From a virus: a stretch of DNA of 22,339 nucleotides. Location: UHGV virus genome UHGV-1966322; one strand, written 5' to 3'. Below the pieces are notes generated by a model. The model was given only the letters and a program-made list of their open reading frames with translations, did no database searches and had not been told where the DNA came from. A program made the position numbers and the translations under genes. Positions 8,401 through 18,530 of this stretch are shown here, piece by piece; the stretch's first letter is position 1, and every line of letters starts with the position of its first letter.

Positions 8401-9098
8401 ACACTTGCTCCTTTCAGTCCGAACTTAGCTTTAATTTCTGCGATCTTCGCCAGAGCCTGTGCACGATTTAGAGGTCTACCGCCCATAACAGGAAGTTGTT
8501 TTACTGGTTCAGGTATCGTCTCACCACGGTTAATTCGCGCTGTCATACAGGTCAGTTCATCGGCAGCCTTGCGCCGTAATTCCGCATCAGTAAGCGCATT
8601 GGCCCGCATGTTCTGATACAGGTTGGTAACCAGCCAGTAGTGCGCGTTTGATTTCCACGGATAAGACTCCGCATCCGGATACAGGCCTCGCTTCCGGCAA
8701 TACTCGTAAACCATATCAACCAGCTCGCTGACGTTTGGCAGTCCGGCGATAACGGATGCTTCTTCCCGGCACCATGCAACAAACTGCCCGGGTGATGGCA
8801 GAAATGGTCGATTCTGCCGACGGGCTACGCGCATTCCTGCGTTAACCTGTTCCATTGTGGTGATCCCGTTTTCCCGGAAAGCCAGAACCCACTGGCGGCG
8901 GATTTCGTTCAGTTCGTTCTGGTCACGGTTAGCCAGACTCGCCGGGAAAGTTGCCAGTAACTGGCTGAACACACCGTTGATGATCTGCGCTACCTGCTGT
9001 ACCTGTGGCTTTTCGTCGTACTGTTCCGGCATGTTGTTGGCGATCCGACGCATCTGCTCACGGTCAAAGTTAACCATCTGTGCGGCGATGTTTTTCAT
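8397..9098 (-). CDS. P: Replication protein P (233 aa), DnaB helicase loader
   Basis: Translation MKNIAAQMVNFDREQMRRIANNMPEQYDEKPQVQQVAQIINGVFSQLLATFPASLANRDQNELNEIRRQW... matches lambda P from memory; ATGA overlap with O. Confidence 0.95.
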   Translation of the reverse strand: MKNIAAQMVNFDREQMRRIANNMPEQYDEKPQVQQVAQIINGVFSQLLATFPASLANRDQNELNEIRRQWVLAFRENGITTMEQVNAGMRVARRQNRPFLPSPGQFVAWCREEASVIAGLPNVSELVDMVYEYCRKRGLYPDAESYPWKSNAHYWLVTNLYQNMRANALTDAELRRKAADELTCMTARINRGETIPEPVKQLPVMGGRPLNRAQALAKIAEIKAKFGLKGASV

Positions 9099-9994
9099 AG
9101 ATCCACCCCGTAAATCCAGTCAGTGTTTGTCAGGTCGAGTTTTGGTTTTCCGGCTGTCACGCCAGCCTGTTGCTTGTTACGGTTGATTTCGAGCTGGGTC
9201 CACTTGTCGCGGAGTTTGGCCGGACTCAGCACGTTACCGGACCAGAAGTTGTCCTGGCAGGCCCAGCGGAAAAGCACACACATATCGCGGTGGTTACGTC
9301 CGTCACGTTCACGCATCAGGCGGATATCGTTAGCCCACCCAGCAAAATTCGGTTTTCTGGCTGATGGCGCGATGGTCTTCACCATGTCAAACATCCACTC
9401 TGCGGCGGTCAGGTCTTCTGCTGTCCCCCACTTGCTGCCGCTCTGAATTGCAGCATCCGGTTTCACCACAGAAAGGTCGTTTTCTGGCTGGTCAGAGGAT
9501 TCGCCAGAATTCTCTGACGAATAATCTTTTCTTTTTTCTTTTGTAATAGTGTCTTTTGTGTCCCCCTGTTTTGAGGGATAGCAATCCCCCAATTTGAGGG
9601 ATGTTTTATCCCTCGTTTTAGGGGATTTTCCCTCGTTTTGAGGGATGCACCATTCTGAGATGTTTTTATTTGGTCCAAACATGCCGCCTTGCTGCTTGAT
9701 AATATTCATTCTGACGAGTTCTAACTTGGCTTCATTGCACCGTTTGACAGGTAACTTTGTAATCTCGCTAAGTTGAGAATCGGTGATTCTGTCCATTGGT
9801 TTATTCCACCCATAGGTTTTACGCAGAATGGCAAGCAGCACTTTAAACTGTCGCTTGGTCAGATCTGCGCCCGAATAAGCTTCAAGCAGCATATTTGATA
9901 GTCTGGCGTAACCATCATCGAGATCTGCCACATTACGCTCCTGTCCGGCAAAGTTACCTCTGCCGAAGTTGAGTATTTTTGCTGTATTTGTCAT
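9095..9994 (-). CDS. O: Replication initiator O (299 aa)
   Basis: Translation MTNTAKILNFGRGNFAGQERNVADLDDGYARLSNMLLEAYSGADLTKRQFKVLLAILRKTYGWNKPMDRITDSQLSEITKL... matches lambda O from memory; ori iterons lie inside the gene. Confidence 0.95.
   Translation of the reverse strand: MTNTAKILNFGRGNFAGQERNVADLDDGYARLSNMLLEAYSGADLTKRQFKVLLAILRKTYGWNKPMDRITDSQLSEITKLPVKRCNEAKLELVRMNIIKQQGGMFGPNKNISEWCIPQNEGKSPKTRDKTSLKLGDCYPSKQGDTKDTITKEKRKDYSSENSGESSDQPENDLSVVKPDAAIQSGSKWGTAEDLTAAEWMFDMVKTIAPSARKPNFAGWANDIRLMRERDGRNHRDMCVLFRWACQDNFWSGNVLSPAKLRDKWTQLEINRNKQQAGVTAGKPKLDLTNTDWIYGVDL
9515..9650 (-). repeat. ori: ori-lambda: four iterons (O-binding repeats) plus adjacent AT-rich region, inside gene O
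   Basis: Four tandem near-identical palindromic repeats on the + strand: tccccctgttttgagggata / atcccccaatttgagggatg / ttatccctcgttttaggggatt / ttccctcgttttgagggatg, flanked by cttttcttttttcttttgtaatagtgtcttttgtg. Confidence 0.85.
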
Positions 9995-10026
9995 AATGAC
10001 TCCTGTTGATAGATCCAGTAATGACC

Positions 10027-10320
10027 TCAGAACTCCATCTGGATTTGTTCAGAACGCTCGGTTGCCGCCGGGCGTTTTTTATTGGTGAGAATCGCAGCAA
10101 CTTGTCGCGCCAATCGAGCCATGTCGTCGTCAACGACCCCCCATTCAAGAACAGCAAGCAGCATTGAGAACTTTGGAATCCAGTCCCTCTTCCACCTGCT
10201 GATTTGCGACTTATCAACGCCCACAGCTTCCGCTGTCTTCTCAGTTCCAAGCATTGCGATTTTGTTAAGCAACGCACTCTCGATTCGTAGAGCCTCGTTG
10301 CGTTTGTTTGCACGAACCAT
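10027..10320 (-). CDS. cII: Transcriptional activator cII (97 aa)
   Basis: Translation from MVRANKRNEALRIESALLNKIAMLGTEKTAEAVGVDKSQISRWKRDWIPKFSMLLAVLEWGVVDDDMARLARQVAAILTNKKRPAATERSEQIQMEF matches lambda cII from memory; the ORF-track start is upstream of the true ATG. Confidence 0.95.
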   Translation of the reverse strand: MVRANKRNEALRIESALLNKIAMLGTEKTAEAVGVDKSQISRWKRDWIPKFSMLLAVLEWGVVDDDMARLARQVAAILTNKKRPAATERSEQIQMEF

Positions 10321-10399
10321 ATGTAAGTATTTCCTTAGATAACAATTGATTGAATGTATGCAAATAAATGCATACACCATAGGTGTGGTTTAATTTGAT

Positions 10400-10431
10400 G
10401 CCCTTTTTCAGGGCTGGGATGTGTAAGAGCG
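10400..10431 (-). promoter_or_regulatory. nutR: nutR (boxB hairpin and boxA) between cro and cII
   Basis: + strand gccctttttcagggc is the reverse complement of boxB GCCCTGAAAAAGGGC; taagagcg is the reverse complement of boxA CGCTCTTA. Confidence 0.7.
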
Positions 10432-10439
10432 GGAATGTC

Positions 10440-11794
<1,355 letters not shown>

Positions 11795-11843
11795 TCCCCA
11801 CCTCAATCTCGATAACCAAAAAACAAACTATTTTCCGTTTAAA

Positions 11844-11911
11844 AACAATGGAGTTTGTTTTTCATGTCCCTTTTTACAATATTTCTTGTTTACAACATAC
11901 AATCTTTCTTG
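11844..11911. promoter_or_regulatory. OL: 434-type left operator OL (three sites) with pL
   Basis: Three ACAA-N6-TTGT 14-mers: acaatggagtttgt (11844-11857), acaatatttcttgt (11875-11888), acaatctttcttgt (11898-11911), upstream of nutL and N. Confidence 0.75.
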
Positions 11912-11957
11912 TAATTTTAAGCCATCAGCAGGACGCACTGACCACCATTGAAGGTGA

Positions 11958-11988
11958 TGCTCTTAAAAATTAAGCCCTGAAGAAGGGC
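11958..11988 (+). promoter_or_regulatory. nutL: nutL (boxA and boxB)
   Basis: gctcttaaaaattaaGCCCTGAAGAAGGGC: boxA-like gctctta followed by the boxB hairpin gccctgaagaagggc, as in lambda nutL. Confidence 0.8.
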
Positions 11989-12146
11989 AGCATTCAAAGC
12001 AGAAGGCTTTGGGGTGTGTGATACGAAACGAAGCATTGGCCGGAAGTGCGAATCCGGATTAGCTGCAAATGAGCCAATCGTGGGGTGTTTTCGTTCAGGA
12101 CTACGACTCACACACACCACCAAAGCTAACTGACAAGAGAATCCAG

Positions 12147-12470
12147 ATGGATGCACAAACACGCCGCCGCGAACGTCGCGCAGAGAAACAGGCTCAATGG
12201 AAAGCAGCAAATCCCCTGTTGGTTGGGGTAAGCGCAAAACCAGTTAACCGCCCTATTCTCTCGCTGAATCGCAAACCGAAATCACGAGTAGAAAGCGCAC
12301 TGAATCCGATAGACCTTACGGTGCTGGCTGAATACCACGAACAGATTGAAAGCAACCTGCAACGTATTGAGCGCAAGAATCAGCGCACATGGTACAGCAA
12401 GCCTGGCGAACGCGGCATAACATGCAGTGGACGCCAGAAAATTAAGGGAAAATCGATTCCTCTTACCTAG
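12147..12470 (+). CDS. N: Antiterminator N (107 aa)
   Basis: Translation from MDAQTRRRERRAEKQAQWKAANPLLVGVSAKPVNRPILSLNRKPKSRVESALNPIDLTVLAEYHEQIESNLQRIERKNQRTWYSKPGERGITCSGRQKIKGKSIPLT matches lambda N from memory; the ORF-track start is upstream. Confidence 0.95.
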   Translation: MDAQTRRRERRAEKQAQWKAANPLLVGVSAKPVNRPILSLNRKPKSRVESALNPIDLTVLAEYHEQIESNLQRIERKNQRTWYSKPGERGITCSGRQKIKGKSIPLT

Positions 12471-13025
12471 TTACTTAGATATTGGCCTTGGCTTTATCTC
12501 AATATTATATGGATCATAGCTGGCAACTAATTCAGTCCAGTAAATATCCTCAATAGGGAATAATATATGCTTCCCGTTCCATCGGGAAAAAGTTTTGTTC
12601 AACACACCAAGCTCAATCAACTCACTAATGTATGGGAATTGTTTTGATGTAACCACATACTTCCTGCCTTCATTAAGGGCTGCGCACAAAACCATAGATT
12701 GCTCTTCTGTAAGGTTTTGAATTACTGATCGCACTTTATCGTTTTGCATCTTAATGCGTTTTCTTAGCTTAAATCGCTTATATCTGGCGCTGGCAATAGC
12801 TGATAATCGATGCACATTAATTGCTAGCGAAAATGCAAGAGCAAAGACGAAAACATGCCACACATGAGGAATACCGATTCTCTCATTAACATATTCAGGC
12901 CAGTTATCTGGGCTTAAAAGCAGAAGTCCAACCCAGATAACGATCATATACATGGTTCTCTCCAGAGGTTCATTACTGAACACTCGTCCGAGAATAACGA
13001 GTGGATCCATTTCTATACTCATCAA
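12471..13025 (-). CDS. sieB: Superinfection exclusion protein SieB-like membrane protein (184 aa)
   Basis: Convergent with N and abutting its stop, as in lambda; hydrophobic segments (MYMIVIWVGLLLLS, VWHVFVFALAFSLAI); recalled as lambda SieB. Confidence 0.8.
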   Translation of the reverse strand: MMSIEMDPLVILGRVFSNEPLERTMYMIVIWVGLLLLSPDNWPEYVNERIGIPHVWHVFVFALAFSLAINVHRLSAIASARYKRFKLRKRIKMQNDKVRSVIQNLTEEQSMVLCAALNEGRKYVVTSKQFPYISELIELGVLNKTFSRWNGKHILFPIEDIYWTELVASYDPYNIEIKPRPISK

Positions 13026-13149
13026 ACTGTAGGGGTTGTAATAGTTTATCCGATTTCTCGCTGTAGGGGTACACGAGAACCACCGAGCCTGATGTGGTTA
13101 AAAGACAGGCACAATCTTTACTACCGCAATCCACTATTTAAGGTGATAC

Positions 13150-13236
13150 ATGGAAGAAGAATTTGAAGAGTTCGAAGAGCATCCTCAGGATGTGATGGAA
13201 CAATACCAGGACTATCCGTATGACTACGACTATTGA
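13150..13236 (+). CDS. Small acidic ORF (28 aa), lambda orf28-like
   Basis: Manual translation MEEEFEEFEEHPQDVMEQYQDYPYDYDY; overlaps the ral start as in lambda. Confidence 0.55.
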   Translation: MEEEFEEFEEHPQDVMEQYQDYPYDYDY

Positions 13237-13420
13237 TAAAAATCAATGGTGTGGACAATTCAAGCGATGCAATGGATGCAAGCTGCAATCGGAATGCATG
13301 GTTAAGCCTGAAGAAATGTTTCCTGTAATGGAAGATGGGAAATATGTCGATAAATGGGCAATACGAACGACGGCAATGATTGCCAGAGAACTTGGTAAAC
13401 AGAACAACAAAGCTGCCTGA
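13220..13420 (+). CDS. ral: Restriction alleviation protein Ral (66 aa)
   Basis: Translation MTTTIDKNQWCGQFKRCNGCKLQSECMVKPEEMFPVMEDGKYVDKWAIRTTAMIARELGKQNNKAA matches lambda Ral from memory. Confidence 0.9.
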   Translation: MTTTIDKNQWCGQFKRCNGCKLQSECMVKPEEMFPVMEDGKYVDKWAIRTTAMIARELGKQNNKAA

Positions 13421-13602
13421 TAGTGGCCTTTATTTTTGGCATAAATAACAGAATAAACACTGCACTGTGTATTCATTCCAACGAGTGAATACACGGAGCA
13501 ATGTCGCTCGTAACTAAACAGGAGCCGACTTGTTCTGATTATTGGAAATCTTCTTTGCCCTCCAGTGTGAGGGCGATTTTTTATCTATGAGGATATGAAT
13601 AG

Positions 13603-13971
13603 ATGTCAAACATCAAAAAATACATCATTGATTACGACTGGAAAGCATCAATAGAAATTGAAATCGATCATGACGTAATGACAGAGGAAAAACTTCACCA
13701 GATTAATAATTTCTGGTCAGACTCTGAATACCGACTCAATAAACACGGCTCTGTATTAAATGCTGTATTAATCATGCTGGCGCAACATGCTCTGCTTATA
13801 GCAATTTCAAGCGACTTAAATGCATATGGTGTTGTGTGCGAGTTCGACTGGAATGATGGAAATGGTCAGGAAGGATGGCCTCCAATGGATGGTAGCGAAG
13901 GAATAAGAATTACCGATATCGATACATCAGGAATATTTGATTCAGATGATATGACTATCAAAGCCGCCTGA
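13603..13971 (+). CDS. ea10: Ea10 (122 aa)
   Basis: Translation MSNIKKYIIDYDWKASIEIEIDHDVMTEEKLHQINNFWSDSEYRLNKHGSVLNAVLIMLAQ... matches lambda Ea10 from memory. Confidence 0.9.
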   Translation: MSNIKKYIIDYDWKASIEIEIDHDVMTEEKLHQINNFWSDSEYRLNKHGSVLNAVLIMLAQHALLIAISSDLNAYGVVCEFDWNDGNGQEGWPPMDGSEGIRITDIDTSGIFDSDDMTIKAA

Positions 13972-14043
13972 GCGCGGCGTTACCGCATACCAATAACGCT
14001 TCACTCGAGGCGTTTTTCGTTATGTATAAATAAGGAGCACACC

Positions 14044-14208
14044 ATGCAATATGCCATTGCAGGGTGGCCTGTTGCTGGCTGCCCTTCCGAATCTTTACTT
14101 GAACGAATCACCCGTAAATTACGTGACGGATGGAAACGCCTTATCGACATACTTAATCAGCCAGGAGTCCCAAAAAATGGACCAAACACTTATGGCTATC
14201 CAGACTAA
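14044..14208 (+). CDS. cIII: cIII (54 aa), FtsH (HflB) protease inhibitor
   Basis: Manual translation [54 protein letters not shown]; under 60 aa, so not in ORF track as such. Confidence 0.9.
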   Translation: MQYAIAGWPVAGCPSESLLERITRKLRDGWKRLIDILNQPGVPKNGPNTYGYPD

Positions 14209-14320
14209 ATTCACTATCGCCACTTTTATTGGCGATGAAAAGATGTTTCGTGAGGCCGTCGACGCTTATAAAAAATGGATATTAATACTGAAACTGAGAT
14301 CAAGCAAAAGCATTCACTAA
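14177..14320 (+). CDS. kil: Kil (47 aa), host-killing FtsZ inhibitor
   Basis: Translation [47 protein letters not shown]; overlaps cIII and gam as in lambda. Confidence 0.85.
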   Translation: MDQTLMAIQTKFTIATFIGDEKMFREAVDAYKKWILILKLRSSKSIH

Positions 14321-14691
14321 CCTCCTTTCCTGTTTTCCTAATCAGCCCGGCATTTCGCGGGCGATATTTTCACAGCTATTTCAGGAGTTCAGCCATGAAC
14401 GCTTATTACATTCAGGATCGTCTTGAGGCTCAGAGCTGGACGCGTCACTACCAGCAGATCGCCCGTGAAGAGAAAGAGGCAGAACTGGCAGACGACATGG
14501 AAAAAGGTCTGCCCCAGCACCTGTTTGAATCACTCTGCATCGATCATTTACAACGCCACGGGGCCAGCAAAAAAGCCATTACCCGTGCGTTTGATGACGA
14601 TGTTGAGTTTCAGGAGCGCATGGCAGAACACATCCGGTACATGGTTGAAACCATTGCTCACCACCAGGTTGATATTGATTCAGAGGTATAA
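14275..14691 (+). CDS. gam: Gam (138 aa), RecBCD inhibitor
   Basis: Translation [78 protein letters not shown]... matches lambda Gam from memory. Confidence 0.95.
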   Translation: MDINTETEIKQKHSLTSFPVFLISPAFRGRYFHSYFRSSAMNAYYIQDRLEAQSWTRHYQQIAREEKEAELADDMEKGLPQHLFESLCIDHLQRHGASKKAITRAFDDDVEFQERMAEHIRYMVETIAHHQVDIDSEV

Positions 14692-14696
14692 AACGG

Positions 14697-15482
14697 ATGA
14701 GTACAGCACTCGCAACGCTGGCTGGGAAGCTGGCTGAACGCGTCGGCATGGATTCTGTCGACCCACAGGAACTGATCACCACTCTTCGCCAGACGGCATT
14801 TAAAGGTGATGCCAGCGATGCGCAGTTCATCGCATTGCTGATCGTCGCCAACCAGTACGGCCTTAATCCGTGGACGAAAGAAATTTACGCCTTCCCTGAC
14901 AAGCAGAACGGCATCGTTCCGGTGGTGGGCGTTGATGGCTGGTCCCGTATCATCAATGAAAACCAGCAGTTTGATGGCATGGACTTTGAGCAGGACAATG
15001 AATCCTGCACATGCCGGATTTACCGCAAAGACCGCAATCATCCGATCTGCGTTACCGAGTGGATGGATGAATGCCGCCGCGAACCATTCAAAACCCGCGA
15101 AGGCAGAGAAATCACGGGGCCGTGGCAGTCGCATCCCAAACGGATGTTACGGCATAAAGCCATGATTCAGTGTGCCCGTCTCGCCTTCGGATTTGCTGGT
15201 ATCTATGACAAGGATGAAGCCGAGCGCATTGTCGAAAATACCGCATACACTGCAGAACGTCAGCCGGAACGCGACATCACTCCGGTTAACGATGAAACCA
15301 TGCAGGAGATTAACACTCTGCTGATTGCCCTGGATAAAACATGGGATGACGACTTATTGCCGCTCTGTTCCCAGATATTTCGCCGCGACATTCGCGCATC
15401 GTCAGAACTGACACAGGCCGAAGCAGTGAAAGCTCTTGGATTCCTGAAACAGAAAGCCACTGAGCAGAAGGTGGCTGCATGA
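14697..15482 (+). CDS. bet: Bet (261 aa), Red recombinase single-strand annealing protein
   Basis: Translation [72 protein letters not shown]... matches lambda Bet from memory. Confidence 0.95.
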   Translation: MSTALATLAGKLAERVGMDSVDPQELITTLRQTAFKGDASDAQFIALLIVANQYGLNPWTKEIYAFPDKQNGIVPVVGVDGWSRIINENQQFDGMDFEQDNESCTCRIYRKDRNHPICVTEWMDECRREPFKTREGREITGPWQSHPKRMLRHKAMIQCARLAFGFAGIYDKDEAERIVENTAYTAERQPERDITPVNDETMQEINTLLIALDKTWDDDLLPLCSQIFRRDIRASSELTQAEAVKALGFLKQKATEQKVAA

Positions 15483-16159
15483 CACCGGACATTATCCTGC
15501 AGCGTACCGGAATCGACGTGAGAGCTGTCGAACAGGGGGATGATGCGTGGCACAAATTACGGCTCGGCGTCATCACCGCTTCAGAAGTTCACAATGTGAT
15601 AGCAAAACCCCGCTCCGGAAAAAAGTGGCCTGACATGAAAATGTCCTACTTCCACACCCTGCTGGCTGAGGTTTGCACCGGTGTGGCTCCGGAAGTTAAT
15701 GCTAAGGCGCTGGCATGGGGAAAACAGTACGAGAACGACGCCAGAACTCTGTTTGAATTCACTTCCGGCGTGAATGTTACTGAATCCCCGATCATCTATC
15801 GCGACGAAAGTATGCGTACCGCCTGCTCTCCCGATGGTTTATGCAGTGACGGCAATGGCCTTGAGCTGAAATGCCCGTTTACCTCCCGGGATTTCATGAA
15901 GTTCCGGCTCGGTGGTTTCGAGGCCATAAAGTCGGCTTACATGGCCCAGGTGCAGTACAGCATGTGGGTGACGCGAAAAGATGCCTGGTACTTTGCCAAC
16001 TATGACCCGCGTATGAAGCGTGAAGGCCTGCATTATGTCGTGGTTGAGCGGGATGAAAAGTACATGGCGAGTTTTGACGAGATGGTGCCGGAGTTCATCG
16101 AAAAAATGGACGAGGCACTGGCTGAAATTGGTTTTGTATTTGGGGAGCAATGGCGATGA
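15479..16159 (+). CDS. exo: Exo (226 aa), Red 5'-3' exonuclease
   Basis: Translation [92 protein letters not shown]... matches lambda Exo from memory; ATGA overlap with bet. Confidence 0.95.
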   Translation: MTPDIILQRTGIDVRAVEQGDDAWHKLRLGVITASEVHNVIAKPRSGKKWPDMKMSYFHTLLAEVCTGVAPEVNAKALAWGKQYENDARTLFEFTSGVNVTESPIIYRDESMRTACSPDGLCSDGNGLELKCPFTSRDFMKFRLGGFEAIKSAYMAQVQYSMWVTRKDAWYFANYDPRMKREGLHYVVVERDEKYMASFDEMVPEFIEKMDEALAEIGFVFGEQWR

Positions 16160-16338
16160 AGCATCCTCACGATAATATCCGGGTAGGTGCGATCACTTTC
16201 GTCTACTCCGTTACAAAGCGAGGCTGGGTATTTCCCGGCCTTTCTGTTATCAGAAATCCCCTGAAAGCACAGCGGCTGGCTGAGGAGATAAATAATAAAC
16301 GGGGGGCTGTATGCACAAAGCATCTCCTGTTGAGTTAA
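16150..16338 (+). CDS. Small hypothetical protein, lambda orf60a-like
   Basis: ORF overlapping the exo stop and co-oriented with the pL operon, as with lambda orf60a; identity recalled only approximately. Confidence 0.55.
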   Translation: MAMKHPHDNIRVGAITFVYSVTKRGWVFPGLSVIRNPLKAQRLAEEINNKRGAVCTKHLLLS

Positions 16339-16502
16339 GAACGTGTATCGAGATGGCACATAGCCTCGCTCAAATTGGAGTCAGGTTTGTGCCAATACCA
16401 GTAGAAACAGACGAAGAATTTCATACGTTAGCCGCATCCCTTTCACAAAAGCTGGAAATGATGGTGGCGAAAGCAGAAGCAGATGAGAGAGACCAGGTAT
16501 GA
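16311..16502 (+). CDS. Small hypothetical protein (63 aa), lambda orf63-like
   Basis: 63-codon ORF overlapping the preceding small ORF, in the same arrangement as lambda orf63. Confidence 0.55.
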   Translation: MHKASPVELRTCIEMAHSLAQIGVRFVPIPVETDEEFHTLAASLSQKLEMMVAKAEADERDQV

Positions 16503-16578
16503 CAACCACTGAATGCATTTTTCTGGCAGCGGGCTTCATATTCTGTGTGCTTATGCTTGCCGACATGGGGCTTGTTCA

Positions 16579-16794
16579 ATGACACCTCAGCAAGAAAACG
16601 CCCTTCGCAGCATTGCCCGTCAGGCTAATTCTGAAATCAAAAAAGCCAGACAGCAGTTTCCGGATAAAAACGTCGATGACATTTGCCGTAGCGTACTGAA
16701 GAAGCACCGCGAAACGGTAACGCTGATGGGATTCACACCGACTCATTTAAGCCTGGCAATCGGCATGTTAAACGGCGTCTTTAAGGAACGATGA
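16579..16794 (+). CDS. Hypothetical protein (71 aa from ATG; the ORF-track frame begins at 16513)
   Basis: ORF MTPQQENALRSIARQANSEIKKARQQFPDKNVDDICRSVLKKHRETVTLMGFTPTHLSLAIGMLNGVFKER co-oriented with the pL operon; no family recognised. Confidence 0.5.
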   Translation: MTPQQENALRSIARQANSEIKKARQQFPDKNVDDICRSVLKKHRETVTLMGFTPTHLSLAIGMLNGVFKER

Positions 16795-16892
16795 ACATGA
16801 AAAGCAAAATTATCAGGGAGCTACAGGCTCCTTTTTTATTGCTCGCATTTACCCCCAAGCGTATTAACCAACAATTCAGGGATTAATGGAAG

Positions 16893-17114
16893 ATGGCAGA
16901 CATCATTGATTCAGCATCAGAAATTGAAGAATTACAGCGCAACACAGCAATAAAAATGCGCCGCCTGAACCACCAGGCTGTATCTGCCACTCATTGTTGT
17001 GAGTGTGGCGATCCCATAGATGAGCTAAGACGCCTGGCCGTTCAGGGTTGTCGGACTTGTGCAAGTTGCCAGGAAGATCTGGAGCTTATCAGTAAACAGA
17101 GAGGTTCGAAGTGA
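16893..17114 (+). CDS. TraR/DksA-family C4-type zinc-finger protein (73 aa)
   Basis: CxxC-N17-CxxC arrangement (CCECGDPIDELRRLAVQGCRTCASC) typical of phage TraR-like zinc-finger proteins. Confidence 0.6.
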   Translation: MADIIDSASEIEELQRNTAIKMRRLNHQAVSATHCCECGDPIDELRRLAVQGCRTCASCQEDLELISKQRGSK

Positions 17115-17362
17115 GCGTAATTCACTCTCAGGCACTGCGTGAAGCGGCAGAGCAGGCAATGCCTGACAACTGGGGATTTGACGCGGACCTTTTCCATGAG
17201 CTGGTAACACCATCGATTGTGCTGACACTGCTGGATGAACGGGAAAGAAACCAGCAATACATCAAACGCCGCGACCAGGAGAACGAGGATATTGCGCTAA
17301 CGGTGGGGAAACTGCGTGTTGAGCTGGAGACAGCAAAAATCAAAACTCAACGAGCAGCGTGA
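17111..17362 (+). CDS. Hypothetical protein (83 aa), possibly the N-terminal part of a longer protein interrupted by an in-frame TGA
   Basis: GTG start overlapping the upstream stop (GTGA); coiled-coil-like C-terminus; the same frame stays open after the TGA for 53 more codons to 17524 with no start codon/Shine-Dalgarno of its own. Confidence 0.5.
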   Translation: MSVIHSQALREAAEQAMPDNWGFDADLFHELVTPSIVLTLLDERERNQQYIKRRDQENEDIALTVGKLRVELETAKIKTQRAA

Positions 17363-17660
17363 GTAGAAGGTGTTATCTCGGATGGAAGTAAGCGTATTGC
17401 TGAACTGGAGGCCTGGGTTGAATACACAAGAGCTGCATACGTAAGAGCAAAAGACAAGGGAGATTTGATCAGAGTTATTACCCGCCAACCAACGGGATTT
17501 TACGCTTACGTACCATGTAATTAGGAATCCTTGAAGTGGCAGCCTAACTGCGGATACACTGAAATGGCGATTTGGTAACATGTTTCGCACAAGGCTGTTA
17601 CTACACTTAGAGATAATCAGCCATGATTAAACGCTTTGTAAAAAGTAAAAGGAAATTACA

Positions 17661-18275
17661 ATGAAAAAATCAATACTAATTTTAGGGCTTACGTTAATTG
17701 TCTCATCTCAAATACCATCGGCAATGGCAAAAAATGAATCAAAACTATGGGTTGTTGTTGATCAAACGGAAAGACATACCTGCCCTTCAAGTAAATGTGG
17801 AGTGGCTGGGAAACTATTTTTCAGGGAAGGCGTAGATTTTCTAGAAAAAAAAGGTGAATGGGTTCGTATAACTGAGCCATATTCAGCCTCATGTGTTGGA
17901 GGGGAAAGCGAATATATTAAAGAAGGTAATAAATCCTGCACAAGAAAAAATGGAATCGTTAATGGCAAGTTTTCAGAATGGGTTAAACTTAGTGATCTTA
18001 GCAGTGAAAGGCCATCAGATCCTGCTGAAAATGCGAGCGGAGATGATACTTTAATCAAAGGATCTGATGACTACCGTATATACAAAAAAGAGTTTTCTTC
18101 GGCAGCTAGGAAGTTAATAAATGAAGGGGTCTGCACGGAAAGCGATTTTAAGGAAATCGGAGGGTGGATGGCATCAAGCAATAAGGGTGAAAACATCTAT
18201 TTCACATATTGCGGAGGAATGACGTTGTCGAACAGAATATACCTAGATGTTAAAAGTGGAAAGACTTTTAGATAA
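17661..18275 (+). CDS. Secreted/periplasmic protein of unknown function (204 aa), AT-rich moron
   Basis: Shine-Dalgarno aaggaaa before the ATG; signal peptide MKKSILILGLTLIVSSQIPSAMA; Cys-containing mature region; visibly AT-rich; intrinsic terminator downstream. Confidence 0.7.
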   Translation: MKKSILILGLTLIVSSQIPSAMAKNESKLWVVVDQTERHTCPSSKCGVAGKLFFREGVDFLEKKGEWVRITEPYSASCVGGESEYIKEGNKSCTRKNGIVNGKFSEWVKLSDLSSERPSDPAENASGDDTLIKGSDDYRIYKKEFSSAARKLINEGVCTESDFKEIGGWMASSNKGENIYFTYCGGMTLSNRIYLDVKSGKTFR

Positions 18276-18345
18276 TATGATATTACCAATGACAGTATTG
18301 ATTTAATGCCTCCATAGAATTATCTCTAGGAAGTAGGTATAAGAA

Positions 18346-18383
18346 AAGCCCGCACAATGAGCTGCTGCGGGCTTTGTGTTATT
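18346..18383 (+). terminator. Intrinsic terminator downstream of the secreted-protein moron
   Basis: aagcccgca...tgcgggctt 9-bp perfect stem followed by tgtgttatt. Confidence 0.6.
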
Positions 18384-18428
18384 CGCCATATTTTATGAAG
18401 CAAATACGACACTATAGATAATTAAGCG

Positions 18429-18530
18429 TTGCTGGTTGTCGATTCCTCAATCACTCCTGTTGATGGCTCTCTTCTTGTATGTGCCATTGAAGGGGAATAT
18501 CGCGTAAAAAGATACCGGAAGTATCCGCGC
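18429..18530 (+). pseudogene. Fragment resembling the C-terminal part of an S24 peptidase (UmuD/LexA/phage-repressor type), lacking the N-terminal catalytic-Ser region
   Basis: Frame reads LLVVDSSITPVDGSLLVCAIEGEYRVKRY, resembling the UmuD segment [29 protein letters not shown]; no start codon or upstream catalytic region; similarity judged by eye. Confidence 0.35.

Noticed and set aside
9561-9648. Short tandem repeats that could be mistaken for a CRISPR array
   Set aside because: They are the four ori-lambda iterons inside gene O, with no spacers or cas genes.
11917-12237. 106-aa minus-strand ORF
   Set aside because: Antisense across nutL and the N start; N is securely identified on the plus strand.
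14579-15134. Minus-strand ORFs 14579..14851 and 14658..15134
   Set aside because: Antisense to gam and bet.
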